Of a DNA stretch of 64,000 nt, positions 17,377 through 26,149 are shown piece by piece (the first letter of the stretch is position 1; each line of letters starts with the position of its first letter). The notes beneath the pieces were generated by a model that saw only the letters and a program-made list of their open reading frames with translations, ran no database searches and was not told the origin of the DNA. The DNA comes from an uncultured Thermotogae bacterium (GTDB lineage: Bacteria; Bipolaricaulota; Bipolaricaulia; RBG-16-55-9; JAJCYT01): NCBI GenBank assembly GCA_964572855.1, contig CAZNGF010000004.1, forward strand, positions 3,497 through 67,496, read 5' to 3'. A program made the position numbers and the translations under genes.

Positions 17377-18687
17377 TTAGAGCGCCGCGATCGCCTGCAA
17401 TCCATGGCGGCAGGCGTCGCTCAATTCGTCCAGAATGGGCTCGTCGTGCGCCAGCGAGATGGCGTGGTGCGAGAGCGGGTTGGCCATCACCAGGAAGCCG
17501 CGCTCGGCCAGGGCGGCGTTGAAGGCCGCGTAGGCCTTCCGGTCGGTGGCGCTGGCGCTGCGGTAGTCCGCGATCGTTTCATCGGTGAAGTACCAGTGCA
17601 GGTGCCCCCCCGCGCCGACCAGTTGCGCCGGCACGCCCCACTGCGTTGCGTCTCGCTGGAAAGCCTCTTTCAAGCGGTCGGAGCGCGCGTCGAGCGTCCG
17701 CTGCGCCGAGCCGTCCCGCAGCAACGGGAGGGTCGCCAGCGCGGCGGCCAGCGGGACGGCGTGGCCGTTGAACGTGCCCACGAAGGCGGGTCCCCGGCCC
17801 GGCTCGGTCAAACGCATGAACGCCTCGCGGCCCGCGAGCGCGGCCATCGGGAAGCCGTTGGCCAGCGCTTTCCCATACGTGGCCAGGTCTGGAACGATTC
17901 CATAGGCTTCCTGCGCGCCGCCGGGGGCCAGCCGGAAGCCCGTGAGCAGCTCGTCGAAGATGAGCACGATCCCGTGGCGGGTGCAGAGGTCGCGCAACGC
18001 CTGTAGATACGCCGTCGTCGCCGCGATGTAGCCCACGTCGATGAGCACGGGCTCCAGGATCACCGCGGCCAGCTCGGCGGCGTGGCGCTCGATGAGGGCG
18101 GCCGTGTGCGCCACGTCGTTGAACGGCAACACGAGCGTGCTCTGCGCCAGCGCGGGGTGCAGCCCCGGCGAGCCCGGCAGCGGGACGGGGGCGTCCGGCG
18201 ACCCGTTCTTGGTCATGTCCGGCCAGCAGCTCACGAACAGCTCGTCGGTCCAGCCGTGGTACGACCCCTCGACCTTGGCCACGCGCGCCCTGCCGGTGTG
18301 GTGGCGGGCCACGTGCAGCGCGTGTGTGACGGCCTCGGTTCCCGTGTTGGTGAAGCGCACCAGCTCCATCGTCGGCACGAGCTTCAAGAACAACTCGGCC
18401 AACTCGACCGAGCGCTCCCACTCGACGCCCGCGCTCAGGCCGGCGTCCAGGACCGCGCGCACCGCGTCGTTGACGCGGGCGTCCCCGTGGCCCAGCAGCA
18501 CAGCCCCGTTGCCCATGATCAGGTCGACGTAGCGGTTCCCGTCGGCGTCCCAGGCTTCAGCGCCCCGGGCGCGCTCGAAGTAGAGCGGGTGGGGCGCGCG
18601 CGCCCGCGTGCCGGAGTGGACGCCCGAGGGGACGGCGCGGTAGGCGCGTTGGTAGAGGGCGGCGGATCGTTCAGTGTTTCTTGTCAT
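17377..18687 (-). CDS. class-III pyridoxal-phosphate aminotransferase (glutamate-1-semialdehyde aminomutase-like)
   Basis: 436 aa from MTRNTERS with AGGAG SD; HemL-like blocks (VPSGVHSG, DADGNRYVDL, GTFNGH); N-terminal 350 aa of listed ORF is spurious. Confidence 0.85.
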   Translation of the reverse strand: MTRNTERSAALYQRAYRAVPSGVHSGTRARAPHPLYFERARGAEAWDADGNRYVDLIMGNGAVLLGHGDARVNDAVRAVLDAGLSAGVEWERSVELAELFLKLVPTMELVRFTNTGTEAVTHALHVARHHTGRARVAKVEGSYHGWTDELFVSCWPDMTKNGSPDAPVPLPGSPGLHPALAQSTLVLPFNDVAHTAALIERHAAELAAVILEPVLIDVGYIAATTAYLQALRDLCTRHGIVLIFDELLTGFRLAPGGAQEAYGIVPDLATYGKALANGFPMAALAGREAFMRLTEPGRGPAFVGTFNGHAVPLAAALATLPLLRDGSAQRTLDARSDRLKEAFQRDATQWGVPAQLVGAGGHLHWYFTDETIADYRSASATDRKAYAAFNAALAERGFLVMANPLSHHAISLAHDEPILDELSDACRHGLQAIAAL

Positions 18688-18712
18688 TGTGCTCCTCGTT
18701 GAGTCGTGGTCC

Positions 18713-18740
18713 GTAGGGGCGCACGGCCGTGCGCCCCTAC
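18713..18740. repeat. perfect 28-bp GC-rich palindrome GTAGGGGCGCACGGCCGTGCGCCCCTAC (REP-like/terminator hairpin family)
   Basis: between AstE/AspA gene stop and aminotransferase start; same arm sequence recurs at 5 other sites. Confidence 0.6.
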
Positions 18741-18788
18741 ACCCGATTGCTCCCTTCTCTCCCGAGGGAGCGGGGGAAACGTTCGGCG

Positions 18789-19709
18789 TCACGCGTCCAG
18801 GTTCCCGACCATGTAGCCGTAGGCGCCGGCTGCAACGACGTCGGTCGTCAGGTGCGAGAGCACCATGAGCCCGCGCTCGAACGGGCTGCGGATCACCTCG
18901 AGCTCCTCGAGCGTGTACGGGCTCAGCACGCGGCCCAGGACCGCACCCCCGCTGATCGCCTCCCCCAGCGGCGGCGCTTCGGTGTAGAGCATCCCGCCGG
19001 CGTGCGGGCGAATGGTGGCGATCTCGTTCAGCACGATTTGCTCCGGCGGCGGGGCGGGCTCGCCGTCCAGCACGCCGGCGGCCTGGAGGAAGTTGAGCGT
19101 GCCCGCCACGCCGCGCTCGACGTAGGGGCGCTGGTCCACGCGCCCGCCGCCCAGCTCGACCACGACGCTGGGGACGCCCCGTTCTTGCGCCACCCCCACC
19201 GAGGTGTGCTTGAGCAGCTCCAGCACCTCGGGCGGCGGGACGTGCAGCACCTTGGAGCCGAAGCTGCGGGAGAGCCGCTCGTCGTTGAAGATGTAGACGT
19301 AGTCCACCGTCTGCGATTCGCCGCCCGCGTGGAAGTCCAAGAGAAAATCGATCCTTTGCAGGAAGTGCTCGTTGACCTTGGCGGCGAGCTGCTCGGTGAG
19401 CCAGCCGTCGGGGTCGCCGGGGAAGACGTGGTTGAGGTTGAGGCCGTCCAGCGGCGTGAAGCGGCTCAGCGCTTCCAGGGTGTGCGGGTTGGCCACGGGC
19501 AGCAGCAGCAGGCGGCCGCGGAAGTCCCCGTCGGCCAGCTGCCGGGCCACCTCCATCACGATGCGCGTGCCCGTGGACTCGTCGCCGTGGATGCCCGCGC
19601 TCAGGCCCACCGTGGGGCCCGGGCCGCGCTTGCCGACCAGCTCGTGCAGGTGCAAGCAGAGCGTGCCGCCGCTGGCCAGCGGCGAAACTGGGATCGCCCG
19701 GACGCTCAC
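18789..19709 (-). CDS. succinylglutamate desuccinylase/aspartoacylase (AstE/AspA) family deacylase, copy 1
   Basis: 306 aa; HGDE and FHAGG zinc-ligand blocks of the AstE_AspA family. Confidence 0.8.
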   Translation of the reverse strand: MSVRAIPVSPLASGGTLCLHLHELVGKRGPGPTVGLSAGIHGDESTGTRIVMEVARQLADGDFRGRLLLLPVANPHTLEALSRFTPLDGLNLNHVFPGDPDGWLTEQLAAKVNEHFLQRIDFLLDFHAGGESQTVDYVYIFNDERLSRSFGSKVLHVPPPEVLELLKHTSVGVAQERGVPSVVVELGGGRVDQRPYVERGVAGTLNFLQAAGVLDGEPAPPPEQIVLNEIATIRPHAGGMLYTEAPPLGEAISGGAVLGRVLSPYTLEELEVIRSPFERGLMVLSHLTTDVVAAGAYGYMVGNLDA

Positions 19710-20647
19710 GCTTGCCCCCCTTCGGCCGAATCGAGGTTGCCAATCATGTAGCCGTAGCAGCCTGGGTCGATCACGTCATCCGTGAGGTGGGACAGCACCA
19801 TGATCCCGCGTTCGAACGGGTTGCGGATCACCTCGAGCTCCTCGAAGGTGTACGGGCTCACGACGCGGCCCAGCACGGCGTCGCCGGAGACCTCCTCGCC
19901 CAGTGGCGGGGCTGCGCCGACGAGCAAGCCCCCGGCGTGCGGCCGGAGGATCGCGATCTCGTTGAGCACGACCTGCGCCGGCGGCGGGGCCGGTTCGTCG
20001 TCGACCAGGCCCAGCTCGGCCAGCACGTTGACCGCGCCGCGCACGCCGCGCTCGACGTAGGGGCGCTGGTCCACGCGCCCGCCGCCCAGCTCGACCACGA
20101 CGGTGGGGGCGTCCCGCGCGACCGTGACCCCGCCGGAGACGCCCTCGTAGGCGGTGCCCGAGACCCCCTCCTTCGGCCGATAGAGCACGGGGGAGCCAAA
20201 GCTCCTGGAGAGCGTTTCGGCGTTGAGGATGTAGATGTAATCGACGGTCTGGCCGGCTCCGCCGGCGTGGAAGTCCAGGTAGACGTCGATCCTTTGCAAG
20301 AACTCCCGGTGGATGACGCACGCCAGCTGCTCGCTGAACCAGCCGTCGGGGTCGCCGGGGAAGAGGCGGTTGAGGTTGAGAGCGTCCAGCGGCGTGTGGC
20401 GCGCGTTGGCCTCGAAGCCGAGCGGGTTGGCCACCGGCAACAGCAGCAGCCGGCCGCGGAAGTTTCCCCCCGCGTAGCGCCGGGCGAGTTCCAGCAGGAT
20501 CTGCGTTCCCGTCGGCTCGTCGCCGTGGATGGCGGCGCTCATGCCGACGGTGGGGCCGTCCCCCAGCGCCCCGCGGAGCTCGATCACGTGCAGGTCGATC
20601 TGGGTCCCGTTGGCCAAGGTCGCAACGGGGTATCGGTTCACGTTCAT
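19706..20647 (-). CDS. AstE/AspA family deacylase, copy 2 (tandem paralog)
   Basis: 313 aa; long identical stretches with copy 1 (LLLLPVANP, VVVELGGGRVDQRPYVERGV, MVLSHLT); stop/start overlap with copy 1. Confidence 0.8.
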   Translation of the reverse strand: MNVNRYPVATLANGTQIDLHVIELRGALGDGPTVGMSAAIHGDEPTGTQILLELARRYAGGNFRGRLLLLPVANPLGFEANARHTPLDALNLNRLFPGDPDGWFSEQLACVIHREFLQRIDVYLDFHAGGAGQTVDYIYILNAETLSRSFGSPVLYRPKEGVSGTAYEGVSGGVTVARDAPTVVVELGGGRVDQRPYVERGVRGAVNVLAELGLVDDEPAPPPAQVVLNEIAILRPHAGGLLVGAAPPLGEEVSGDAVLGRVVSPYTFEELEVIRNPFERGIMVLSHLTDDVIDPGCYGYMIGNLDSAEGGQA

Positions 20648-20678
20648 GGTGATGCCTCCGTTTCTCGTGTTTGCGCCG

Positions 20679-21503
20679 CTAGCGTTGCACCATTCCCCGC
20701 GGGTCCAGTTCGTCGCGCAGGCCGTCGCCCAGCAGGTTGAACCCCAGCACGGTCAACATGATCGCAAAGCCCGGCACGATCGACAGGTGCGGCGCGTTGC
20801 GCAGGAACCGCATGCCGTAGGACATGGTCCAGCCCCAGCTCGGGTCGGGCGGCTGCACGCCGAAACCCAGGAAGCTGAGCGCCGACTCGGCGATGATGGC
20901 CGTCCCCAACCCCAGCGTGGCCAGCACGACCATGGGGCCGAGGCTGTTGGGCAGGATGTGGCGCAGCAGGATGCGGGTATCCGACGCGCCCAGCGAGCGG
21001 GCCGCCTGGACGTAGTCGCGTTCGCGCTCGGACAGCGCCATGGAACGGGCGACGCGCGCGTACTGGGTCCAGAACACCGCGATGAGCGCGATCACGACGT
21101 TGACCGGCCCGGGGCCGAGCACGGCGATCAGCGCCAGCGCCAGGATGATCACGGGGAAACCTAGGAAGATGTCCACCACGCGCATGAGCAGCATGTCCAC
21201 CCAGCCGCCGAAGAACCCCGAGGTCAAGCCGATCCACGTCCCAAGCACGGAGGCCACCCCCACCGACACCAGCGCGATCAGGAGCGAGAGGCGCGTGCCG
21301 TGGGCCATGCGCGTCCAGAGGTCGCGCCCGAAGTTGTCGGTGCCGAGCCAGTGCTCCGGGCCGGGCGGTCGCAGCCGGCTGGCCATGTCCATCTCCTCGG
21401 GGCCGACGCCGGCCAGCAGCGGGCCGAAGGCGGCGATCAGCACCAGCCCCGCCACGATCAGCGCCCCGGCGGCCATGGACCAGCGTCGTCTGAGCATGCG
21501 CAT
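20679..21503 (-). CDS. ABC transporter permease (DppC/OppC-like)
   Basis: 275 aa from MRMLRRR with GGAGG SD 9 nt after upstream stop; six TMS, EAA-like loop. Confidence 0.8.
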   Translation of the reverse strand: MRMLRRRWSMAAGALIVAGLVLIAAFGPLLAGVGPEEMDMASRLRPPGPEHWLGTDNFGRDLWTRMAHGTRLSLLIALVSVGVASVLGTWIGLTSGFFGGWVDMLLMRVVDIFLGFPVIILALALIAVLGPGPVNVVIALIAVFWTQYARVARSMALSERERDYVQAARSLGASDTRILLRHILPNSLGPMVVLATLGLGTAIIAESALSFLGFGVQPPDPSWGWTMSYGMRFLRNAPHLSIVPGFAIMLTVLGFNLLGDGLRDELDPRGMVQR

Positions 21504-21511
21504 GGGCCCTC

Positions 21512-22492
21512 CTACTCCAGCCGGATGCGGGGGTCGATGATCCCGTAGAGCACGTCCACGGTCAGGTTGATGAGCGAAAAGGCAAACGCGATGATCAACA
21601 CCGTCCCCTGCACCAGCGGGATGTCGCGCTGGCCGATGGCGGTGATGGCCAGCTGGCCGATGCCCGGCCAGCCGAAGATGAACTCGGTCAGCACCGCGCC
21701 GCCCAGCAGCACGCCGAACTGCAGCCCCAGCACGCTGACCACGGCGAGCAAGGAGTTGCGAAACGCGTGCCGGACGATGACCAGCCACGGCACCAACCCC
21801 TTGGCCCGCGCGGTGCGGACGTAGTCCTCACCCAGCACGTCCAGCAGCGACGAGCGCTGAATGCGGCTAATGATGGCCGCGCCGTTGAGTCCCAGGGTGA
21901 GGGCGGGCAACAGCAGGTGTTGCAGGCTGTCGAGCAGGACCTCGGGCTTGCCCCGAAACAGCGCGCCGAACGCCTCGACCAGCGGCTCCCCGCGGCCGAT
22001 CGAGGGCAGCCAGTCGAGCTGCACCGCGAACCAGAGCATGAACAAAATGCCCAGCCAGAAGACGGGAATCGACACCCCCAGTTGCGCGAACAGCATGCTG
22101 ACCAGGTCGATCAGCGTCCCGCGGCGCACGGCCGCGATCAACCCCAGCGGGATCCCGACGAAGGTCGAGATGAACAAGGCGGCCACCGCCAGCTCGACGG
22201 TGGCCGGCAGGTGGCCGAACACGATCCGACCCACGGGCGCGCGCTGAAAGATCGATTGGCCCAGATCGCCTTGCAGCAGGCGGCCGATGTACTTGGCCAG
22301 CTGCACCGGCAGCGGTTGGTCCGTGCCCAGCACGCGGCGCATGTCGGCCACGGTCTCCGGGGTGGCATCGGTGCCCAACAGGGCCACGGCCGGATCCCCG
22401 GGAATGACCTGCAGCAGCCCGAACACGATCACGACGATGCCGAACATGGTGGGGATCAGCAGCAACAGGCGGCGCGCGATGTAGCTCGTCAC
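21512..22492 (-). CDS. ABC transporter permease (DppB/OppB-like)
   Basis: 326 aa; N-terminal MTSYIARRLLLLIPTMFGIVVIVF typical of DppB. Confidence 0.85.
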   Translation of the reverse strand: MTSYIARRLLLLIPTMFGIVVIVFGLLQVIPGDPAVALLGTDATPETVADMRRVLGTDQPLPVQLAKYIGRLLQGDLGQSIFQRAPVGRIVFGHLPATVELAVAALFISTFVGIPLGLIAAVRRGTLIDLVSMLFAQLGVSIPVFWLGILFMLWFAVQLDWLPSIGRGEPLVEAFGALFRGKPEVLLDSLQHLLLPALTLGLNGAAIISRIQRSSLLDVLGEDYVRTARAKGLVPWLVIVRHAFRNSLLAVVSVLGLQFGVLLGGAVLTEFIFGWPGIGQLAITAIGQRDIPLVQGTVLIIAFAFSLINLTVDVLYGIIDPRIRLE

Positions 22493-22592
22493 CGGGGCGC
22501 CTCCGTACCGCGGGGATGGAGCCGCCGAGGGGACGGGGGAAGGCTGTCCCCTCGGCGGATGCGGCTAGCGCGTGAAGGTTCCAGCTTGCGGT

Positions 22593-24146
22593 TCATTCAC
22601 CCAGGGAGGCCCTGGCCAGACTGCGCAGGTTCCCGCGCGCGTCGGCTTCGAACCCCTGCAACGCGGGGGTGCGGAACTGGTGGAATCCCTGGTACTGCAG
22701 CACGAAGTAGGGAACCTCGTCGGCGATGATGCGGGCGGCTTCGCGGTAGGCTTCGGTGCGCGCCTCCAAGGTGAGCGCGGTGCGGCCCGCCTCCAAGGCG
22801 GCGTCCACGTCGGGGTTGCTGTAGTTCCCCCAGTTGGAGGTGCCCTCCGAGTGGAGCTGGTTGAACATCGCGCGATCCGGGTCCACCAGGTTGAGCCAGC
22901 CGATCAGCATGAGCTGGTAGTCGCCCGCCAGGATCTCGGTCAAGAGCGAGTTGAACGGCTGGATGTTGATCTCGACCTCGATCCCGCTCTGGCGGAACAC
23001 GGTCTGGAGGAACTCCACGGTCTGTACGCGGTTGGGGTCCTCGACGTGGGTCTTGAACACGAACGAGAACTTCTCTCCATCTTTGTCAAGGATGCCGTCC
23101 CCATCTGAGTCGGTCCAACCTTCCTGGGCCAACAGCGCCAGCGCGCCGTCCACGTCCTGCGTGGGCTGCCGGATGTCGGGCGTGAACGGGAAGTGGTTCG
23201 GCAGCAGGATCGAGCTGGCCGGGATGTCGATCCCTTCGTAGATCGACTCCACGATCACGTCTTGGGGCACCAGCATCGACACGGCCTTGCGCACGTTCGG
23301 GTTCTGGAACAGCTCGAATTCGGTCTGGAAGTTGAGGTACGTGTAGCCGAAGCCGGCCGTGACGGTCGCATCGAAGCGGTCGTCGTTGGCCAGCCGGTTG
23401 ATGTCCTGCGGCGACAGCGGCGTCTGGATCAGGTCCAGGTCGCCGGCCTCCAATGCCTGGGCGCGCGACGTGTTGTCGGGCACGACCACGATTTCGAGGT
23501 TCTTGATGGCGGGCTCGCCGCCCCACCAGTCGGGGTTGGCCTCGAGCACGATCCGGCTGTTCTTGTCCCAGCGCACCAGGCGGAACGGGCCGCTGCCGAC
23601 GGGGTCGTTGGCCAGGTCCCCGCCCGCCTCGACCACGTGCTGCGGGACGATGCCCTTGTCCATGAAGCTGAGCAGGGGCGCAAACGGCTGCGCGGTCAGG
23701 AAGCGCACCGTGAACTCGTCCACGGCCTCGACCGTGGTGATCGGCGTGTACAGACCGCGCTGCGGCGCGCCGAAGTCGGGGTCGAGGATGGCCTCGAAGG
23801 TGGCCACCACGTCGGCGCTGGTGACGGGCTCCCCGTCGTGGAAGACGGCATCGTCTCTCAGGTTGAAGATCCAGGTGGTCGGATCCGGCTGTTCCCACGA
23901 CGTGGCCAGGCTGGGCGTGGGCACCAGCGTGCTCGGGTCCAGCTCGACGAGCCCGTCGAAGATGAGGTCGGTCACGCGGAAACCGGTGGTGTTCTGCGTC
24001 AAACGCGGGTCGAGGTTGTCCGCGTCCACGTCCATGCCCACGCGCAACACGGGCTCGGACTGGGCTTGGGCCGTTCCGCTCCAGTTGCTCGTGGTCATGC
24101 CGAGCGCCAACACGGCGATCAACAACATGGCGAATGCTTTTTTCAT
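22593..24146 (-). CDS. ABC transporter substrate-binding protein, family 5 (peptide/nickel/opine type)
   Basis: 517 aa from MKKAFAMLL with GGAGAAAGGA SD; signal peptide; SBP_bac_5 blocks. Confidence 0.85.
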   Translation of the reverse strand: MKKAFAMLLIAVLALGMTTSNWSGTAQAQSEPVLRVGMDVDADNLDPRLTQNTTGFRVTDLIFDGLVELDPSTLVPTPSLATSWEQPDPTTWIFNLRDDAVFHDGEPVTSADVVATFEAILDPDFGAPQRGLYTPITTVEAVDEFTVRFLTAQPFAPLLSFMDKGIVPQHVVEAGGDLANDPVGSGPFRLVRWDKNSRIVLEANPDWWGGEPAIKNLEIVVVPDNTSRAQALEAGDLDLIQTPLSPQDINRLANDDRFDATVTAGFGYTYLNFQTEFELFQNPNVRKAVSMLVPQDVIVESIYEGIDIPASSILLPNHFPFTPDIRQPTQDVDGALALLAQEGWTDSDGDGILDKDGEKFSFVFKTHVEDPNRVQTVEFLQTVFRQSGIEVEINIQPFNSLLTEILAGDYQLMLIGWLNLVDPDRAMFNQLHSEGTSNWGNYSNPDVDAALEAGRTALTLEARTEAYREAARIIADEVPYFVLQYQGFHQFRTPALQGFEADARGNLRSLARASLGE

Positions 24147-24330
24147 GACAGTCCTTTCTCCCATCCAATTCCTGAGCGATGCGTCGCCAAACGCGACCCT
24201 CCAACCACAACCAGGTGCTTGCCCGTGCGCAGCCCGGTTGGGGTACCACCACGGCCTACAAAGGGGAACACCACCTCCTTGATCTGTTTTCGCTGACCCG
24301 CGCAGCCGACGGCGTCGGCCGTTGGCGGGG

Positions 24331-24894
24331 TTACTGCTGACCCGAGTTCAGCCCGACGATCGGGGGACTCACCACGTACAAAATCAGCACGGGCGAATCG
24401 CCTTCGTTTCGTTCCGTGTGGGGGAGGTTGGAGGTGAAGTGGAAGCTCTCCCCCTCTTGCAGCTCGTATTCTTTGTCCTTGACCGTCAGGGACAATTTGC
24501 CCTTCAAGATGTAGCCGAACTCCTCGCCCGCGTGCGAAAACAGGCGCGGGCCTTCGTAGCCGGGGGGGTATTCGACCAGGAGCGGCTCGAGCGTGCGCTC
24601 CTTGAAGGGATTGCTAAGCAGGCCATAGCGCACGGCCGAGTCGTCGAACTCGATCCACTGGGCCTCGCCGGCGTGGACGATGCTGGAGACGTTGTCGGGC
24701 AGCGGGAAGAAGTGCTGGATCGGTTCGCCCAGCGCCTCGGCGATCACCTTGAGCGAGGCCAGCGAGATCGAGGTCTGGCCGCGCTCGGCCTGGGACAGAA
24801 AGCTCACCGACAGCCCCGTGTCCCGGCCCAGCTTCTCCAGGGACCACTTGCGCTGTTTGCGCAGCTTGCGGATGTACTTGCCGACGTCGTCCAT
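24331..24894 (-). CDS. XRE-family HTH regulator with C-terminal cupin domain (PuuR-like architecture)
   Basis: HTH_3 (IRKLRKQRKWSLEKLGRDTGLSVSFLSQAERG) plus cupin_2 (EFGYILKGKL...ESFHF); ATG at MDDVGKY nearly leaderless relative to the promoter. Confidence 0.8.
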   Translation of the reverse strand: MDDVGKYIRKLRKQRKWSLEKLGRDTGLSVSFLSQAERGQTSISLASLKVIAEALGEPIQHFFPLPDNVSSIVHAGEAQWIEFDDSAVRYGLLSNPFKERTLEPLLVEYPPGYEGPRLFSHAGEEFGYILKGKLSLTVKDKEYELQEGESFHFTSNLPHTERNEGDSPVLILYVVSPPIVGLNSGQQ

Positions 24895-24904
24895 AGTAAA
24901 TTTC

Positions 24905-24933
24905 ACTATAGCTGAAATTTTTCAGTGAGTCAA
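24905..24933 (-). promoter_or_regulatory. promoter TTGACT-17-TATAGT of the XRE-cupin gene with perfect palindrome CTGAAATTTTTCAG filling the spacer
   Basis: read on minus strand; palindrome at ~24912-24925. Confidence 0.55.
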
Positions 24934-26142
24934 TATCTCGCTCACCGATCTGCTATACTGAGGCCCGCCGGGCTGCAAACGCACACGAATCCGGTGAGCC
25001 CCAACGTCGAGGTGAACACGGTGAGCACACCCCCCCTTGAAGCATCGACCTTCGAGCGCCGCACGGGCGCGTGCCAGGAGCGGATGCGAACGCAGGGCGT
25101 CGATCTGCTGATCTTGACGCCCGGCCCGAACATGCGTTACCTGACGGGCTTCGACGAAGCCCCGTCCGAACGGTTGCTGAGCCTACTCGTGCCCGCCGCG
25201 GGCGCGCCGACATTTCTTGTCCCGGCCATGTACGAAGACCACGTCAGGCGGGACGCGTGGGTGCGAGATATCCGCGCATGGCCGGACGGAGAGAACCCGA
25301 TGCGCGTCCTGGCGCGTGTGGTGTCGGAGCTGGCGGCGCATCCGAAGCGCGTGGCCGTCGACGACCGTGCCTGGGCGCTCGTGCTCCTGCCGTTGCGCGA
25401 GGTGCTGGATGGGCGCATGGTCTTGGCGTCGACGTTGCTGTCCTCCATGCGGATGCGCAAGGACGCGGGCGAGCTGGCGCTGCTGCGGCGTGCGGCCGAG
25501 ATCGCGGACCAGGCCTTCGAGTGGATCTGCGCGCAGCCGTTCGAGGGCCAAAGCGAGCGCGCGATCGCCGACATGCTGGAACGTCGCATGCAAGCGCTGG
25601 GCGGCGAGGGCCCGGCGTTCAGGACGCTGGTGGCCTCGGGCCCCAACGGCGCGCTGCCGCACCACAGCGCCGGCGGCCGGGTGATCGCGCGCGGCGACGC
25701 CGTGATCCTGGACTTCGGCTGCCGGCTCGGGGGGTACCACTCCGACCTGACGCGCACCGTGGTCTGCGGCGAGCCCTCGGAGGAATGCAAGCGCGTCCAC
25801 GAACTGGTCAAGCGCGCCCAGGCGACGGGCACGGCCGCCTGCCGTCCGGGCGCGACGGCCGAGTCGGTCGACCGGGCGACGCGCGACGTAATCGCGCACG
25901 CGAGCTATGGAGAGCGTTTCATCCACCGCACGGGCCACGGCCTGGGCCTGGAGCCGCACGAGCCGCCCTACCTCGTCGCCGGCGACGCCACGCCGCTTGC
26001 GCCGGGCCTGACCTTCTCGGTCGAGCCGGGCGTGTATCTGCCGGGGAAGTTCGGCGTCCGCATCGAGGACATCGTGGCGGTCACCCCCGACGGCGTCGAG
26101 CCGCTCAACCGCTGCACGCACGAACTCCGGATCGTGGGTTGA
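24925..26142 (+). CDS. M24 family hydrolase (Xaa-Pro dipeptidase/creatinase-like), second copy; true start probably an internal GTG near 25010
   Basis: HxxxD...HRTGHGLGLEPHE...E...E metal ligands; listed GTG start lies inside the divergent promoter. Confidence 0.8.
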   Translation: MSQYLAHRSAILRPAGLQTHTNPVSPNVEVNTVSTPPLEASTFERRTGACQERMRTQGVDLLILTPGPNMRYLTGFDEAPSERLLSLLVPAAGAPTFLVPAMYEDHVRRDAWVRDIRAWPDGENPMRVLARVVSELAAHPKRVAVDDRAWALVLLPLREVLDGRMVLASTLLSSMRMRKDAGELALLRRAAEIADQAFEWICAQPFEGQSERAIADMLERRMQALGGEGPAFRTLVASGPNGALPHHSAGGRVIARGDAVILDFGCRLGGYHSDLTRTVVCGEPSEECKRVHELVKRAQATGTAACRPGATAESVDRATRDVIAHASYGERFIHRTGHGLGLEPHEPPYLVAGDATPLAPGLTFSVEPGVYLPGKFGVRIEDIVAVTPDGVEPLNRCTHELRIVG

Positions 26143-26149
26143 GCGCGCG

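Noticed and set aside
18688-19743. N-terminal 352 residues of listed ORF 17377-19743 as part of the aminotransferase
   Set aside because: This is a spurious extension running antisense through the AstE/AspA gene. The aminotransferase starts at MTRNTERS (18687) with an AGGAG site.
20679-24146. Missing ABC ATPase genes as an annotation gap
   Set aside because: The permease gene is followed after only 32 nt by the AstE/AspA gene, leaving no room for ATPase genes; the ATPases must be encoded elsewhere. This is noted within the catabolic-cluster finding rather than as a separate system.
24925-25010. GTG at 24925 as true start of the second M24 hydrolase
   Set aside because: It would place the start codon 18 nt from the divergent regulator ATG and inside its promoter and operator. 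An internal GTG near 25010 gives an N-terminal length typical of the creatinase_N domain; the exact start is unresolved.
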